From NCBI GenBank assembly GCA_963696385.1, contig CAVOKF010000008.1, forward strand, positions 320,001 to 384,000: a stretch of 64,000 bases of DNA, read 5' to 3'. The notes under the pieces are model-generated. The model was given only the letters and a program-made list of their open reading frames with translations. It was not told the origin of the DNA and ran no database searches. Source of the stretch: an uncultured delta proteobacterium. Lineage in GTDB: Bacteria > Myxococcota_A > Polyangia > Polyangiales > Polyangiaceae. A program made the position numbers and the translations under genes. How positions within the stretch are numbered: position 1 is the first letter of the stretch; every line of letters starts with the position of its first letter. Shown here piece after piece: positions 52,186 to 61,932 of the stretch.

Positions 52186-53106
52186 TCACCGGATGCGCTC
52201 GCGCGAGCGGCGGTCGGCCGTGGCGATGTCGTCGTACACGGGTTCCTGTCCGAGCTCGCTCAAGCGAGCCAGTACTTCCAGATCCGCGGCGGACCCGCTC
52301 GATGCGAGGGGCGCCAGCCGCTCCGCCAGCAATCCAAGGGCGTCGCGCAAGCCCGTCGGGTGCTGCTCGACCGCGTCCGCCAAACGATCGACGACGGCGA
52401 CGGGAGGAATGCAGAGGCATCGTCCATAAATCTCGATGGCCCAGACCGCCCAAGCCGGATTGCTCGTGGCCATGGTCGTCATCGCCGCCTGCACGGCGAG
52501 AGCGGCCAACGCCACTTCGTCGACGTGACTGCCCGCGGCCACGAGCTCGTCGACCTGAGCCGCGGCGCGACGAATCAACCCCTCGGCATCCAGAATACGA
52601 CCGAGCCTCAGCGCTCGCTCGAGAGCCTCGACGAACAGTTGCATCGACCACTTTTGGGACAAGCTCGAGCCGCTCGCCGTCAGCGTCTCGTCGTCCGTCT
52701 GCTCGGTTGCCTCGCAGCCCGGACAAGCGAGCATCTCGCGCGGATAGGGCTGTCGGCAGTTCGCGCACAAACGAAGCTGACCGGTGGTTCGCGAATGGGC
52801 CCGTCCCGTTTCGTCCACTCGAGTAAACACGAGCTCCTGAGTACCGATACGCAGCCGATCGCCGTTTCGGAGCATCGTCGGTTGTTTGATGGATGCGCCG
52901 TTTACTTTGACGCCGTTGCGACTGCCCAGATCCTCGACTTGCGCTCCGCCGGGCACGATGACGATGCGGGCGTGGCGGCGCGAGACGAGCGGGTCCTCGA
53001 TCGTCAGGTGGCAATCGAGGCTGCGCCCGATGAGCGTGACGCCACGCGGAAGATCGAACTCTTGCAGCACGAACCTCAGGCGGTAGCGCGCCACGTGTGT
53101 TCCCAT
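52186..53106 (-). CDS. FHA domain protein with zinc ribbon (paralog of the neighbour)
   Basis: IGRSLDCHLTIEDPLVSRRHA...SRNGVKVNG; CANC..CPGC. Confidence 0.88.
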   Translation of the reverse strand: MGTHVARYRLRFVLQEFDLPRGVTLIGRSLDCHLTIEDPLVSRRHARIVIVPGGAQVEDLGSRNGVKVNGASIKQPTMLRNGDRLRIGTQELVFTRVDETGRAHSRTTGQLRLCANCRQPYPREMLACPGCEATEQTDDETLTASGSSLSQKWSMQLFVEALERALRLGRILDAEGLIRRAAAQVDELVAAGSHVDEVALAALAVQAAMTTMATSNPAWAVWAIEIYGRCLCIPPVAVVDRLADAVEQHPTGLRDALGLLAERLAPLASSGSAADLEVLARLSELGQEPVYDDIATADRRSRERIR

Positions 53107-53403
53107 CCTGTCTGCGACCCGCGTCGCGCAAAGCTCGGAGCATGCACGCTCCAAGTGAACTATAGTGCACTGCCGCCCTAGAGCGCTACGGCAATTGCCG
53201 AATCAAGGCGCGGCCGAATCCGTCACGCTACCGCAGTCGGCTCCCTTGCGGATTGTTTCTCATTGTCGTTGTCGTCACCCTCAAAGAAGCGCAACCCCAG
53301 ATAGCCCCACCCCAACGCTCTCATCGGCCCCTTTGGGTAACCGGTATCGCCCTTTTTCCTTCATTTTTCACCGTTGCACCTTCCTCCCACAGGCACACCC
53401 ATC

Positions 53404-53661
53404 GTGGACGAGCGTACGAAGGAACAGATCGAGCGCATTTGCCGAGAGGTCGTCGGCCCTCTCGTCGAGACCGACGGAGGTGAACTTCACATCGTTCGCT
53501 TCGAAGGCGACGACGTGCACATTCATTTGTCGGGCGCGTGCGCGGGCTGCCCCGGCGCGGCGTTGACAGGAAACGGCATCATCCTCGCCGCGCTCCGGTC
53601 CGCGGCGCCCAAAGTCCGGCTGATCTTGACCACAGGCGTTCGGATCCCACCCCACGGCTAG
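53404..53661 (+). CDS. NifU-C/Nfu-like Fe-S carrier protein
   Basis: VGPLVETDGGEL...LSGACAGCP. Confidence 0.85.
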   Translation: MDERTKEQIERICREVVGPLVETDGGELHIVRFEGDDVHIHLSGACAGCPGAALTGNGIILAALRSAAPKVRLILTTGVRIPPHG

Positions 53662-53667
53662 AACGTC

Positions 53668-53847
53668 TTAGTACAGCGCCCCATTGAACGGTACCCAGCT
53701 TCGCTGGGCACGCCTGCTTCGCAGGCGGGCGCTGTACTAAGATGATTTCCTTGGGGCTTCGCCCCGAACCCCCAATCGCTTGCCGGCCATTGAGTACACC
53801 GCACGGCTGATCCCTTTGTTCTGGAGCGGTGTACTTAGTACAGCGCC
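53668..53847. repeat. GTAC-core palindromic dispersed element, copy B (composite)
   Basis: IR ttagtacagcgcc/ggcgctgtactaa (53668-53740); ggggc-ttc-gcccc hairpin; second IR agtacaccgc/gcggtgtact (53793-53835); ttagtacagcgcc repeated at 53835-53847. Confidence 0.85.
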
Positions 53848-53869
53848 TGGCGGTCGGTCCGCCGTGTCG

Positions 53870-54691
53870 TCAGTTGTGCTTCTTCTTGGACGCGCCGGCG
53901 TCCGTCGCGACGCGACCGGCGTTGGGGTCGCTGATTCCGCCCTTGGTGATGGCCGCAATGGACGGGTCGAGTGCAAAGGGATCCACCGCCTTGTTCGAAC
54001 GAAGCGAGGGCAGGTTCGAGAGAGTCCGTTTGTCTTCGAGAACGATCCCCGCGAGATGTTCGCTCGTTCGGTCGACGACACGAAGGTGCGTCAGTCCGTC
54101 TTGCCAATCGGCGGTCGTTCGGTCCAGGCCTTGCGTAGAGTCGGCGTTTCGAAGGCGCGGCGGAGCGCCCAGAATCCCGCCGAGCTTCGCGACGGCACTT
54201 TGGAACGTGGCTCCAAGAGGGCCATCGGCTTTGAGTGGAGCCTCATCATAAATTTTCCAGAGCCGGTCCTTGATATAAAAGAAATACCGGGCGTTGCCGT
54301 CCTTCAAGAGCCTTTGGATGGCCTCGCCATTGTTGTAGGTGTATTCGCCGTGCAACGGCGTCACGTCGTATCCGGTCGGTGAATCCAAGAACTCGGTGTA
54401 GCTGCGCACGAAATTGGCCTTGCGGCTGTCGCGTTCGGATTCCAGCTCGTCCATGTCGCTGCCCGGCTGCAGGTGAGCGAGCTTGGTTGCGTACTCCTGA
54501 TCGAAAATGCCCGTAGCCTTGTTGTACGCATCGACGACCTCGGAACGGGTCATTCCCCAGTGGATTTCTTTTTGCATTAGAGGTGCAAGAGAGGACACGA
54601 CCGGAGCGTCGCGCGACGGAGCGGCAAGCCCGGTCAGGACGAGCGTGACGCCCGCGGCAAGTACGAAGGCAGCAGCGATGGCCCGTTTCAT
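53870..54691 (-). CDS. Exported hypothetical protein
   Basis: Classic signal peptide MKRAIAAAFVLAAG; ggaaggaag RBS; good codon bias. Confidence 0.8.
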   Translation of the reverse strand: MKRAIAAAFVLAAGVTLVLTGLAAPSRDAPVVSSLAPLMQKEIHWGMTRSEVVDAYNKATGIFDQEYATKLAHLQPGSDMDELESERDSRKANFVRSYTEFLDSPTGYDVTPLHGEYTYNNGEAIQRLLKDGNARYFFYIKDRLWKIYDEAPLKADGPLGATFQSAVAKLGGILGAPPRLRNADSTQGLDRTTADWQDGLTHLRVVDRTSEHLAGIVLEDKRTLSNLPSLRSNKAVDPFALDPSIAAITKGGISDPNAGRVATDAGASKKKHN

Positions 54692-54825
54692 GTCTTCCTT
54701 CCCATCCTAGAGAATCCGCGCCGAAATTAGCACAGGCCCGGCCGCACAAATGTCTTCCGACGGCCCCCGGGGCGGCGCCGCACTTACGCGCGGCAACCTT
54801 ACGCGGTACAAACTTCCGATCCAAC

Positions 54826-55395
54826 GTGTGGTCCCGACTTTTCAGCAGCTCAGCGCTTCTCGCGCTTTGCCTCGCCTCCGAGTCGTGCACGGATATGACC
54901 GCGCCGCCCGCCGTTGCGCAACCGCTATCGTCGTACGGGGGCCACGCCGCGGAGCTGTTCGACGATACGATCGAGCCATCGGCGGTCGGCTTCGAAGTCG
55001 GGGGCGGCGGGCAACTTTTGGCGGCTCAAGCGCTGACCGAGCGTACCCAATCCGCGGACTCCGTCGTCCTGGCTCGCGTCGTGACGGTCACTTCCCAGCC
55101 CGACCCGGCCGGGCGAAGTTGGCAAGTGGGACTGCGCACCCTCGCCCATCTCGCGGGGCCGCGACCCCGCACCGGAGACTTCACGCTCTCGGTCGCCGCA
55201 TCGGATCCGGCGGCCGGCATCCTGCGCGCCGTCGAAGCGCGTCTCGTCGGCGTGACGTTCGTCGTACTCCTGCGTGATTTCGCGTCGGGTGAGCGCGGTG
55301 GCTCGGTCACGGCGACTCACTTTCATGTGGTGCGCGACTCGAGAGAGCAGCTCGACGCGATCCACGCCGCCGCCGTCCTTGGCGAAGTCCGCTAG
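54826..55395 (+). CDS. Hypothetical exported protein or lipoprotein
   Basis: Hydrophobic N-terminus followed by Cys; fills the gap before map. Confidence 0.6.
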   Translation: MWSRLFSSSALLALCLASESCTDMTAPPAVAQPLSSYGGHAAELFDDTIEPSAVGFEVGGGGQLLAAQALTERTQSADSVVLARVVTVTSQPDPAGRSWQVGLRTLAHLAGPRPRTGDFTLSVAASDPAAGILRAVEARLVGVTFVVLLRDFASGERGGSVTATHFHVVRDSREQLDAIHAAAVLGEVR

Positions 55396-55430
55396 CGGCA
55401 GGCCGCCGCAATCGGTGCTACGGCCATTGG

Positions 55431-56231
55431 GTGGCCGTCGACATCAAGAGCCCGAGAGAAATCGACCTGATGCGTACCGTCTGCCGCTTGGCCTCGGAGA
55501 CGCTTCTGTTGGTGGGTGACACCCTTCGCGCCGGAATGACGACCGAAGACATCGATCGACTCGTTCACGAGGATACGCTGCGTCAGGGAGCCCGACCGGC
55601 ACCCCTCAACTACAAGGGGTTTCCCAAAAGCGTGTGTACGAGCGTCAACGAAGTCGTCTGCCACGGAATCCCCGACGGCACGGTCCTGAAGAACGGCGAC
55701 ATCGTCAACGTCGACGTCACCCATGTCTACGAGGGGTTCTTCGGCGACACGAGCGCCACATTTTACGTCGGCACCCCCGGTGCCGCGGCGCGCCACGTGG
55801 TCGAAGTGGCCCGACGGGCGCTCGACATCGGAATCGCCGAGGTTCGCGACGGCGCGCGCCTCGGCGACATCGGCGGGGCCATCCAGGAGTACGTCGAGGG
55901 GCAAGGCTGCAGCGTCGTGCGCGATTTCGTCGGTCACGGGATCGGCCGGAAGTTCCACGAGGCGCCCCAGGTCAAGCATTACGGCAAGCGAGGGACCGGG
56001 GATCGGATACGAAGCGGCATGACGTTCACGATCGAGCCGATGGTCAACTCGGGCGGCTGGGAGGTCGAGGTCGATTCGGCCGACAAGTGGACCGTTCGCA
56101 CGCTCGACCGCAGCTTGAGCGCACAGTTCGAGCACACGCTTTTGGTCACACGCAACGGATGCGAAATCCTCACCGCGCGGCCGCGGGCGTTGCGCAGCAG
56201 CGAGAACGTCGCGACGCTGTTCGTCGCGTAG
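55431..56231 (+). CDS. map: Type I methionine aminopeptidase
   Basis: FPKSVCTSVNEVVCHGIP, GDTS, GHGIG..FHE, FTIEPM, SAQFEHT. Confidence 0.96.
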   Translation: MAVDIKSPREIDLMRTVCRLASETLLLVGDTLRAGMTTEDIDRLVHEDTLRQGARPAPLNYKGFPKSVCTSVNEVVCHGIPDGTVLKNGDIVNVDVTHVYEGFFGDTSATFYVGTPGAAARHVVEVARRALDIGIAEVRDGARLGDIGGAIQEYVEGQGCSVVRDFVGHGIGRKFHEAPQVKHYGKRGTGDRIRSGMTFTIEPMVNSGGWEVEVDSADKWTVRTLDRSLSAQFEHTLLVTRNGCEILTARPRALRSSENVATLFVA

Positions 56232-56251
56232 CGGCCCCGGGGGGCCGGATC

Positions 56252-57991
56252 TCACGCACCCGACTCGCGGTCGCGGGCGGCAAGCATCTCGGCCGCGGCG
56301 CGGCGCGCCGCATCCCCGACCTTGATGCCACCGATCATTCGAGCGACCTCGTCGACGCGCTCGGCCGCGGACATGCGGCGCACGGTCGCATGCGTCCGAC
56401 CGCGGATCTCGCTCTTGCCGACGACGAAATGGGCGTCGGCCAGGGCGGCAATTTGCGGCAGGTGCGTGATGCAAACGACTTGGCGGTGGCGCGCGATGTC
56501 GGCGATGGACCGACCAATCACTTCGGCAATCGCGCCGCCGACGCCGGCGTCGACTTCGTCGAACACGTAGGTCCCCGCCGGGCCCTGGTCGGCAAGAACG
56601 CGCTTGAGCGCGAGCAACGCGCGCGACAGCTCTCCTCCGCTCGCGATCTTGCGAAGAGGGCGGGGCTCCTCGCCCCGATTGGGCGCGATGAGAAACTCGA
56701 CCCGATCGATTCCCGCGCGGGTCAGGCGGGCGCCATCGACAAGAAGCGCCTCGGCGACGGACGTTTGAGCGCCGGTCGGCGTCACTTCGACGACCACGCG
56801 CGCGCGCCCCATTCCGAGCTCCGAGAGCTCGCCGCCAATCGCGTCGGCAAGGGCGTCGGCGGCGTCGCGCCGCTTGCGTGACAAGGCGCGCGCGGCGACC
56901 CCGACCCGCCCGGCGAGCTCCGCTTTGCGCTTCTCGATCTCGACCGCGCGATCGAAGGCACCGGCGAGCGAGTCGAGTTCGCCGGAAAGTGCGGTGCGGT
57001 GAGCCAGCACGTCGGTCGTCGATGGACCGTGCTTGCGCAAGAGCTTCTGAAGGCGAAATGCTCGATCCTCCACCTCCGCGAGCCGTTGCGGGTTGGCTTC
57101 GACGCCTTCGGCGTATCGCGCCAGTGCGCGCGCGGCATCCGCGAGCTCGGCCCGCGCGGACTCCACGACCCGAGCGTAGCCGGCGAGCGACCCATCGATC
57201 TCGGCCGCCTGGTCCAGTTCCGACACGAAGCGGCCCAGTTCGTCGCACACGGCGCCTTCGCCCTCGTAAAGCCGCTCCGCTGCGTGCCGCGTCGCGGCCT
57301 GGAGGCGCTCGGCGTACCGAAGGCGGGCTCGTTCGTGTTCGAGGTCCTTCTCCTCTCCGTCTCGGGGATCGACCTCGTCGATCTCGCGAATTTGCCAGCG
57401 CAGGAAGTCTTCGCGCTCAGCCCGCCCGCGCTCGCTTTCGGTCACGGCACCGAGCTCGCGCACCAGATCGCACAGGGCATCGACCTTCAGCGCGAGGTCT
57501 CTTCGCTCCTCTTGCAGGTGTCCAAAGGCATCGAGATACTCGAGATGCGTGGTGGGATCCGTCAGAGAGACGCTTTCGTGCTGCGAGGCGATGTCGCACA
57601 GGTCCGCGGCGATCTCGGCCAATTGCGACGCCGTGCACAGGCGCCCGTTCACGTACGCTCGACTGCGTGTGTCCGTTCGCGCGCCCGTGGCGGGCGGCTG
57701 CACGACCCGACGGATGACGAGTTCGCGGTCGCTCGGAATTCCCGCCGCCTCGAGCTTGGCGGCCGCGCGGGATCCGGGGACGATGTCGAACAGCGCCTCG
57801 ACCTCGGCTTCGTCGGCCCCCGATCGGACCACGTCGGGGCGCGCTCGGCCCCCGAGCACGAGCGAGAGGGCACCAATCAGCATGGACTTGCCGGCGCCGG
57901 TTTCCCCGGTGATCACATTGAAACCAGCCTCGAGTTCGAGCACGAGCCGCTCCATCAGCACGAAATTGCGAACGCTCAGCTGAACCAGCAC
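56252..57991 (-). CDS. recN: DNA repair protein RecN
   Basis: ITGETGAGKS, ASGGELSR, VFDEVDAGVGG, CITHLPQIA; GTG start at 57991. Confidence 0.96.
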   Translation of the reverse strand: MLVQLSVRNFVLMERLVLELEAGFNVITGETGAGKSMLIGALSLVLGGRARPDVVRSGADEAEVEALFDIVPGSRAAAKLEAAGIPSDRELVIRRVVQPPATGARTDTRSRAYVNGRLCTASQLAEIAADLCDIASQHESVSLTDPTTHLEYLDAFGHLQEERRDLALKVDALCDLVRELGAVTESERGRAEREDFLRWQIREIDEVDPRDGEEKDLEHERARLRYAERLQAATRHAAERLYEGEGAVCDELGRFVSELDQAAEIDGSLAGYARVVESARAELADAARALARYAEGVEANPQRLAEVEDRAFRLQKLLRKHGPSTTDVLAHRTALSGELDSLAGAFDRAVEIEKRKAELAGRVGVAARALSRKRRDAADALADAIGGELSELGMGRARVVVEVTPTGAQTSVAEALLVDGARLTRAGIDRVEFLIAPNRGEEPRPLRKIASGGELSRALLALKRVLADQGPAGTYVFDEVDAGVGGAIAEVIGRSIADIARHRQVVCITHLPQIAALADAHFVVGKSEIRGRTHATVRRMSAAERVDEVARMIGGIKVGDAARRAAAEMLAARDRESGA

Positions 57992-58162
57992 GCCGCCACC
58001 ATACCCGTCCAGGGTGCCGCCGCGCATTTCGCGCGCCGCCGGGTACGGGCTTGACGTGCTCGTGCGGAATTCATTAGCCTGCACGCGATGTCCGCGCTCA
58101 GCGGCGCGCCGAAAATACTAGTCTTTTCGCGCAAGTATCTACCAGGTGCCACCTCACGCGCG

Positions 58163-58975
58163 ATGCGGTCCCGAACCAACTCGAAAAAGAAGGCGTCCGG
58201 GCCCCCGCCCGAGACACCGAGAGTGTTCTCGATCGAGGAGCGCACGAGCTACCTCGAGGACCGGCTGAAGAGCGCCTCGTCGGAGTTTCAGGCGAAGTAC
58301 CGCGACGACTTGGACATGAGCTGGATCGCGCACGACAGCGCCCTCGAGGGGGCGGTTTACACGATTTCGGAGCTTCGCACGGCCATCGGCGGCATCGAAG
58401 CCGCTTCAAGTGCGGATTCAGCGATGCAGCCGGCCGTGGAGGAGATTCGCAAGCACCGAGAAGCCCTGAACTTCGTTCGGGAGCAAGCCACGCGCCGGCG
58501 AGCCCCCATCACGGTCGATGTCGTCAAACGCATTTATTGCGTGTTGCACCCGGAAGAGGGCGACCCCAAGACGGCCAAATACCGCAAGGATATCCCGCAG
58601 CATCGACTGTATTTTCACGAGTACGCTCCCCCCGACAAGATCGCCTACAAGCTGCGTCAGGTCATCGATTGGATGAACGATCCGGAGTCGCGGAGAACGC
58701 GGACTCCGGTCCGCCTGGCGGCGCGGGCGCACTACGACATCATCCGCATATTTCCGTTTGCCACCGACAGCGGCAAAGTCGCCCGGCTCGTCATGAACCT
58801 CCTACTTTTACGCAGCGGATATCCGCCGGCCATCATTCATTCGACCGAGCGGCAGCGCTATTACGAAGCGCTCAAGGGCTCGAGCACGACGATGCATACG
58901 ATCGTGCAGGACGCGATCGAAAACAGCCTGGCTTCCATCGAGAAGCTGCTCGATGCCTACGACGGCAAAGGGTAA
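58163..58975 (+). CDS. Fic/Fido-fold protein with non-canonical motif
   Basis: HDSALEG; AHYDIIRIFPFATDSGKVARLVMNLLLLRSGYPP...RQRYYEAL. Confidence 0.85.
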   Translation: MRSRTNSKKKASGPPPETPRVFSIEERTSYLEDRLKSASSEFQAKYRDDLDMSWIAHDSALEGAVYTISELRTAIGGIEAASSADSAMQPAVEEIRKHREALNFVREQATRRRAPITVDVVKRIYCVLHPEEGDPKTAKYRKDIPQHRLYFHEYAPPDKIAYKLRQVIDWMNDPESRRTRTPVRLAARAHYDIIRIFPFATDSGKVARLVMNLLLLRSGYPPAIIHSTERQRYYEALKGSSTTMHTIVQDAIENSLASIEKLLDAYDGKG

Positions 58976-59058
58976 TCGCCGCCAGGCGCCGAAGCGCGGA
59001 ATCCGTTACGCGGCCACCGGGTGACAACCCTGGAAAGCGCGAGTAAGCCAAAAGAACC

Positions 59059-59844
59059 ATGCTCGCCAAGCGCGTCATTCCGTGCCTCGATGTGCGGGAA
59101 GGACGTGTCGTCAAGGGAGTTCGGTTCGTCGGACTGAGGGACGCGGGCGATCCGGTGGAATGTGCGCGGCGCTACGATGCGGAGGGTGCCGACGAGATCA
59201 CATTTCTCGACATTACCGCTTCGCACGAGGGACGCGGAACGCTGCTCGAGGTGGTCGCTCGGACCGCAGACGCCATTTTTGTTCCTCTGACGGTCGGAGG
59301 CGGGGTGCGGTCCGCCGACGACGTCCGCGCGCTGCTCGCGGCCGGCGCCGACAAGGTGAGCATCAACACCGCCGCCGTGACGACACCGGACATCGTGCGC
59401 AGGTGCAGCGACTCGTGGGGTTCGCAGGCGATCGTCGCCGCCATCGATGCGAAACGGCGCCCGCGGGGCGACGGCTGGGAGGTCTTCATCCACGGCGGTC
59501 GCACGGCCTCCGGTCTGGACGCCGTCGGTTGGGCGACGGAACTGGCGAGGCTCGGGGCCGGAGAGATTCTGCTCACGAGCATGGATCGGGACGGGACCCT
59601 GTCGGGTTACGACATCGAGCTGACACGGGCCGTATCCGACGCGATTTCCATTCCCGTCATCGCGAGCGGCGGAGTGGGTTCGCCTGAACACCTGATTTCG
59701 GGCCTCATCGATGGGCACGCGAGCGCCGTGCTCGCGGCGAGCCTATTTCACGACGGCACCTGTTCGATCCTGCAGGCCAAACGCATGCTGTCGGACGCCG
59801 GCGTTCCGGTCCGCCTGACGGATGCCGCGGAGCCGGCCCGATGA
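59059..59844 (+). CDS. hisF: Imidazole glycerol phosphate synthase cyclase subunit
   Basis: [35 protein letters not shown]. Confidence 0.97.
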   Translation: MLAKRVIPCLDVREGRVVKGVRFVGLRDAGDPVECARRYDAEGADEITFLDITASHEGRGTLLEVVARTADAIFVPLTVGGGVRSADDVRALLAAGADKVSINTAAVTTPDIVRRCSDSWGSQAIVAAIDAKRRPRGDGWEVFIHGGRTASGLDAVGWATELARLGAGEILLTSMDRDGTLSGYDIELTRAVSDAISIPVIASGGVGSPEHLISGLIDGHASAVLAASLFHDGTCSILQAKRMLSDAGVPVRLTDAAEPAR

Positions 59845-61514
59845 ACAACGGCGGAGGAGCGATCGACTCGTCGGTGACGCTCGACGAGGTCTTCGCCGTG
59901 CTGGGCGCCAAGCGGGTGCCGCTCGCTCCCGAACTCGCCGGGTATCTCGTGCTCGAGGTCGCCGAGCATGCGGACCCGAGCGGCGGCGACGTCGACCCGA
60001 AGAGTGTCTTCGTCGGCGAGGAGGGCACCGTCGCGCTGGTCAAGCCGAAACGGAGCGCCACGACTGGAGACGCGGAAGCCTCGGTTCGCGCCATGCTCGC
60101 GCGCTTGCTCGACGTGAGCGGGTCGCAAACACCGGCGCTCGCCGCCGCCAGCAAGAGGAAAAGCGGCGTGGGGCTGCCGGCACTGGCGGAAGAGCTCGAG
60201 ACCGCGTTGGTGCCGGTCAACCGCGCAGCGGGCCGGCGAGCACTCGCTCGCCTGGCGCGCGAAGTGCGCAGAGTGACTCTCGGCGTAGGTCGCAATGCCC
60301 TTCCCTCGTCGAGCGACGCCGCCGCCTCCTCGCGGCGACCCGTGGCTTCGTCCGCCGCCACGGCCGAGGGCACGCCGTTGCCGCCCCGCGCGACGCCGGC
60401 GAACCTCTTGCCGGAAGAAGAGGCGACCACCACGCGACGGCCCATGCCGGGCGAGCTCCTCAACCGGACGATCCCGGCGGAAGGCGCCGATCGGCAGACC
60501 CAACGAGCGGAGTCGTCGTCACCCTCGGATCAATCGCCGGACAACGAGGTCGATTTGCTCATCGAGCAGTTCGGCGGATCGTCGGACGGGGTTCAGGCGC
60601 ATGCCCCGGCCCTCAAGGCGATGGCGGGGCTCGAGCCGACTCCCCCTCCTCCAGTAGTGCCGTTTTCCGCCCCCGCCAATGGCCAGCACGCGATGGGCGA
60701 GATCGATTCGCTTCTCGCGGCGGGCGCGGCGGGCGCCGAACCACGGCCCTCGCCCGCCAACGATCGCCACCTGACCACGCAGCCATCCCAGCTGCGGCGC
60801 CAACGACCCTCGTCGCCGACGGTCGCCCGTCTCGAGCGCAAGCCTGCATCCGCATGGATTCCGGTCGTCGCGATCGTCGCCCTGGGCGCAGGCTCTTTTG
60901 CCGCGTACAAGATCCGACCCAGTCTTTCGGCCAAGGCGCCGTCGGAGCACGCGCCCCCTTCAACGGCCGCGCTCGCGGTTCAGTCGCCACCTGCCTGTCG
61001 TGGGACGCTGATCCTCTCGAACGTGCCGCCGCGTGCCGAAGTGCTCCTGCGCGAAGGACAGGCACCGGTCGACGTCGACAAGATGCCCGTCGGCGCACGC
61101 CTCGAGTTCGTTGCGACGGCCGAGGGATACGCGCCGAAACGGGTGGTCGTGCCGAGCGGGGCGATCTGGGACACCGGCGCGGACGGCAAGCCTCGTTTCG
61201 AATCCGCCGTGCAGCTCGACAAAGCGCCCAAAACGGGCGCCGATCCGTGGCCCGCCGGAGAGCCGGGAAGCGAAGTGGGAGGGCAAGGTCCACCCGGCAC
61301 CGTGCACGTCGTGGCCACTCCGCGCGGCGCCGAGATCTGGATGCTGGCCGGGCTGGGGCCCGAGGCTCGCATCGAGCAACTGCGCTGCGACCGCGATCTC
61401 GACGTACTCGTCGCTGGACCGACGACGCTCCGAAAGAGGATGCACGTGCCCGCGCGAGACTTTCGACGCGAGACTCCTTCCGGACCCATGGTCTTACGCG
61501 TCAACGTGCCCTAG
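59841..61514 (+). CDS. Bitopic membrane protein with degenerate kinase-like N-terminus and PEGA-like C-terminal domains
   Basis: ATGA overlap with his[33 protein letters not shown] and [16 protein letters not shown]-like starts. Confidence 0.7.
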   Translation: MNNGGGAIDSSVTLDEVFAVLGAKRVPLAPELAGYLVLEVAEHADPSGGDVDPKSVFVGEEGTVALVKPKRSATTGDAEASVRAMLARLLDVSGSQTPALAAASKRKSGVGLPALAEELETALVPVNRAAGRRALARLAREVRRVTLGVGRNALPSSSDAAASSRRPVASSAATAEGTPLPPRATPANLLPEEEATTTRRPMPGELLNRTIPAEGADRQTQRAESSSPSDQSPDNEVDLLIEQFGGSSDGVQAHAPALKAMAGLEPTPPPPVVPFSAPANGQHAMGEIDSLLAAGAAGAEPRPSPANDRHLTTQPSQLRRQRPSSPTVARLERKPASAWIPVVAIVALGAGSFAAYKIRPSLSAKAPSEHAPPSTAALAVQSPPACRGTLILSNVPPRAEVLLREGQAPVDVDKMPVGARLEFVATAEGYAPKRVVVPSGAIWDTGADGKPRFESAVQLDKAPKTGADPWPAGEPGSEVGGQGPPGTVHVVATPRGAEIWMLAGLGPEARIEQLRCDRDLDVLVAGPTTLRKRMHVPARDFRRETPSGPMVLRVNVP

Positions 61515-61891
61515 CGCGCCCCGCCCGCCTCGCGCCCAAGCGCCTCGAGCTCCTTCAGAAGCGCGGTTGGACTGAAGGGCTTCGTGTAGTACGCCGTCGC
61601 GCCCACGTCGGCCGCCTGCCGCTTCGATGCGTCGTCGGTCAACGCGCTGATGACGATGATCGGCACCAAACGCGTGCCCTGTGCGGCACGAAGCTTGCGG
61701 CAAACGTCGAAGCCGTCGAAGCTTCCGGGCAAGTGAAGGTCCAGCAGGATCGCATCCGGGGGATGGGCGAGCGCCGCGTCGATGCCCTTTGCGCCGTTCG
61801 GAACGGCCTCCACGTGATGTCCACGCGCGGCGACGAGCGTCTCGATCATGTGTCGAATGGAGTCGGAATCCTCGACGATCAGAATTCTCAT
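61511..61891 (-). CDS. Single-domain response regulator
   Basis: ILIVEDS, ILLDLHLP, ISA, YYTKPFSP. Confidence 0.92.
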   Translation of the reverse strand: MRILIVEDSDSIRHMIETLVAARGHHVEAVPNGAKGIDAALAHPPDAILLDLHLPGSFDGFDVCRKLRAAQGTRLVPIIVISALTDDASKRQAADVGATAYYTKPFSPTALLKELEALGREAGGAR

Positions 61892-61932
61892 CTCGTCGCC
61901 TCGAGACCGGGTCCAAAGGTTACACGACGCCC

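Noticed and set aside
57997..58013. LexA box upstream of recN (ctggacgggtatggtg on the minus strand)
   Set aside because: Only one half-site resembles the consensus (about 4 mismatches); too weak to call, although recN is often SOS-regulated
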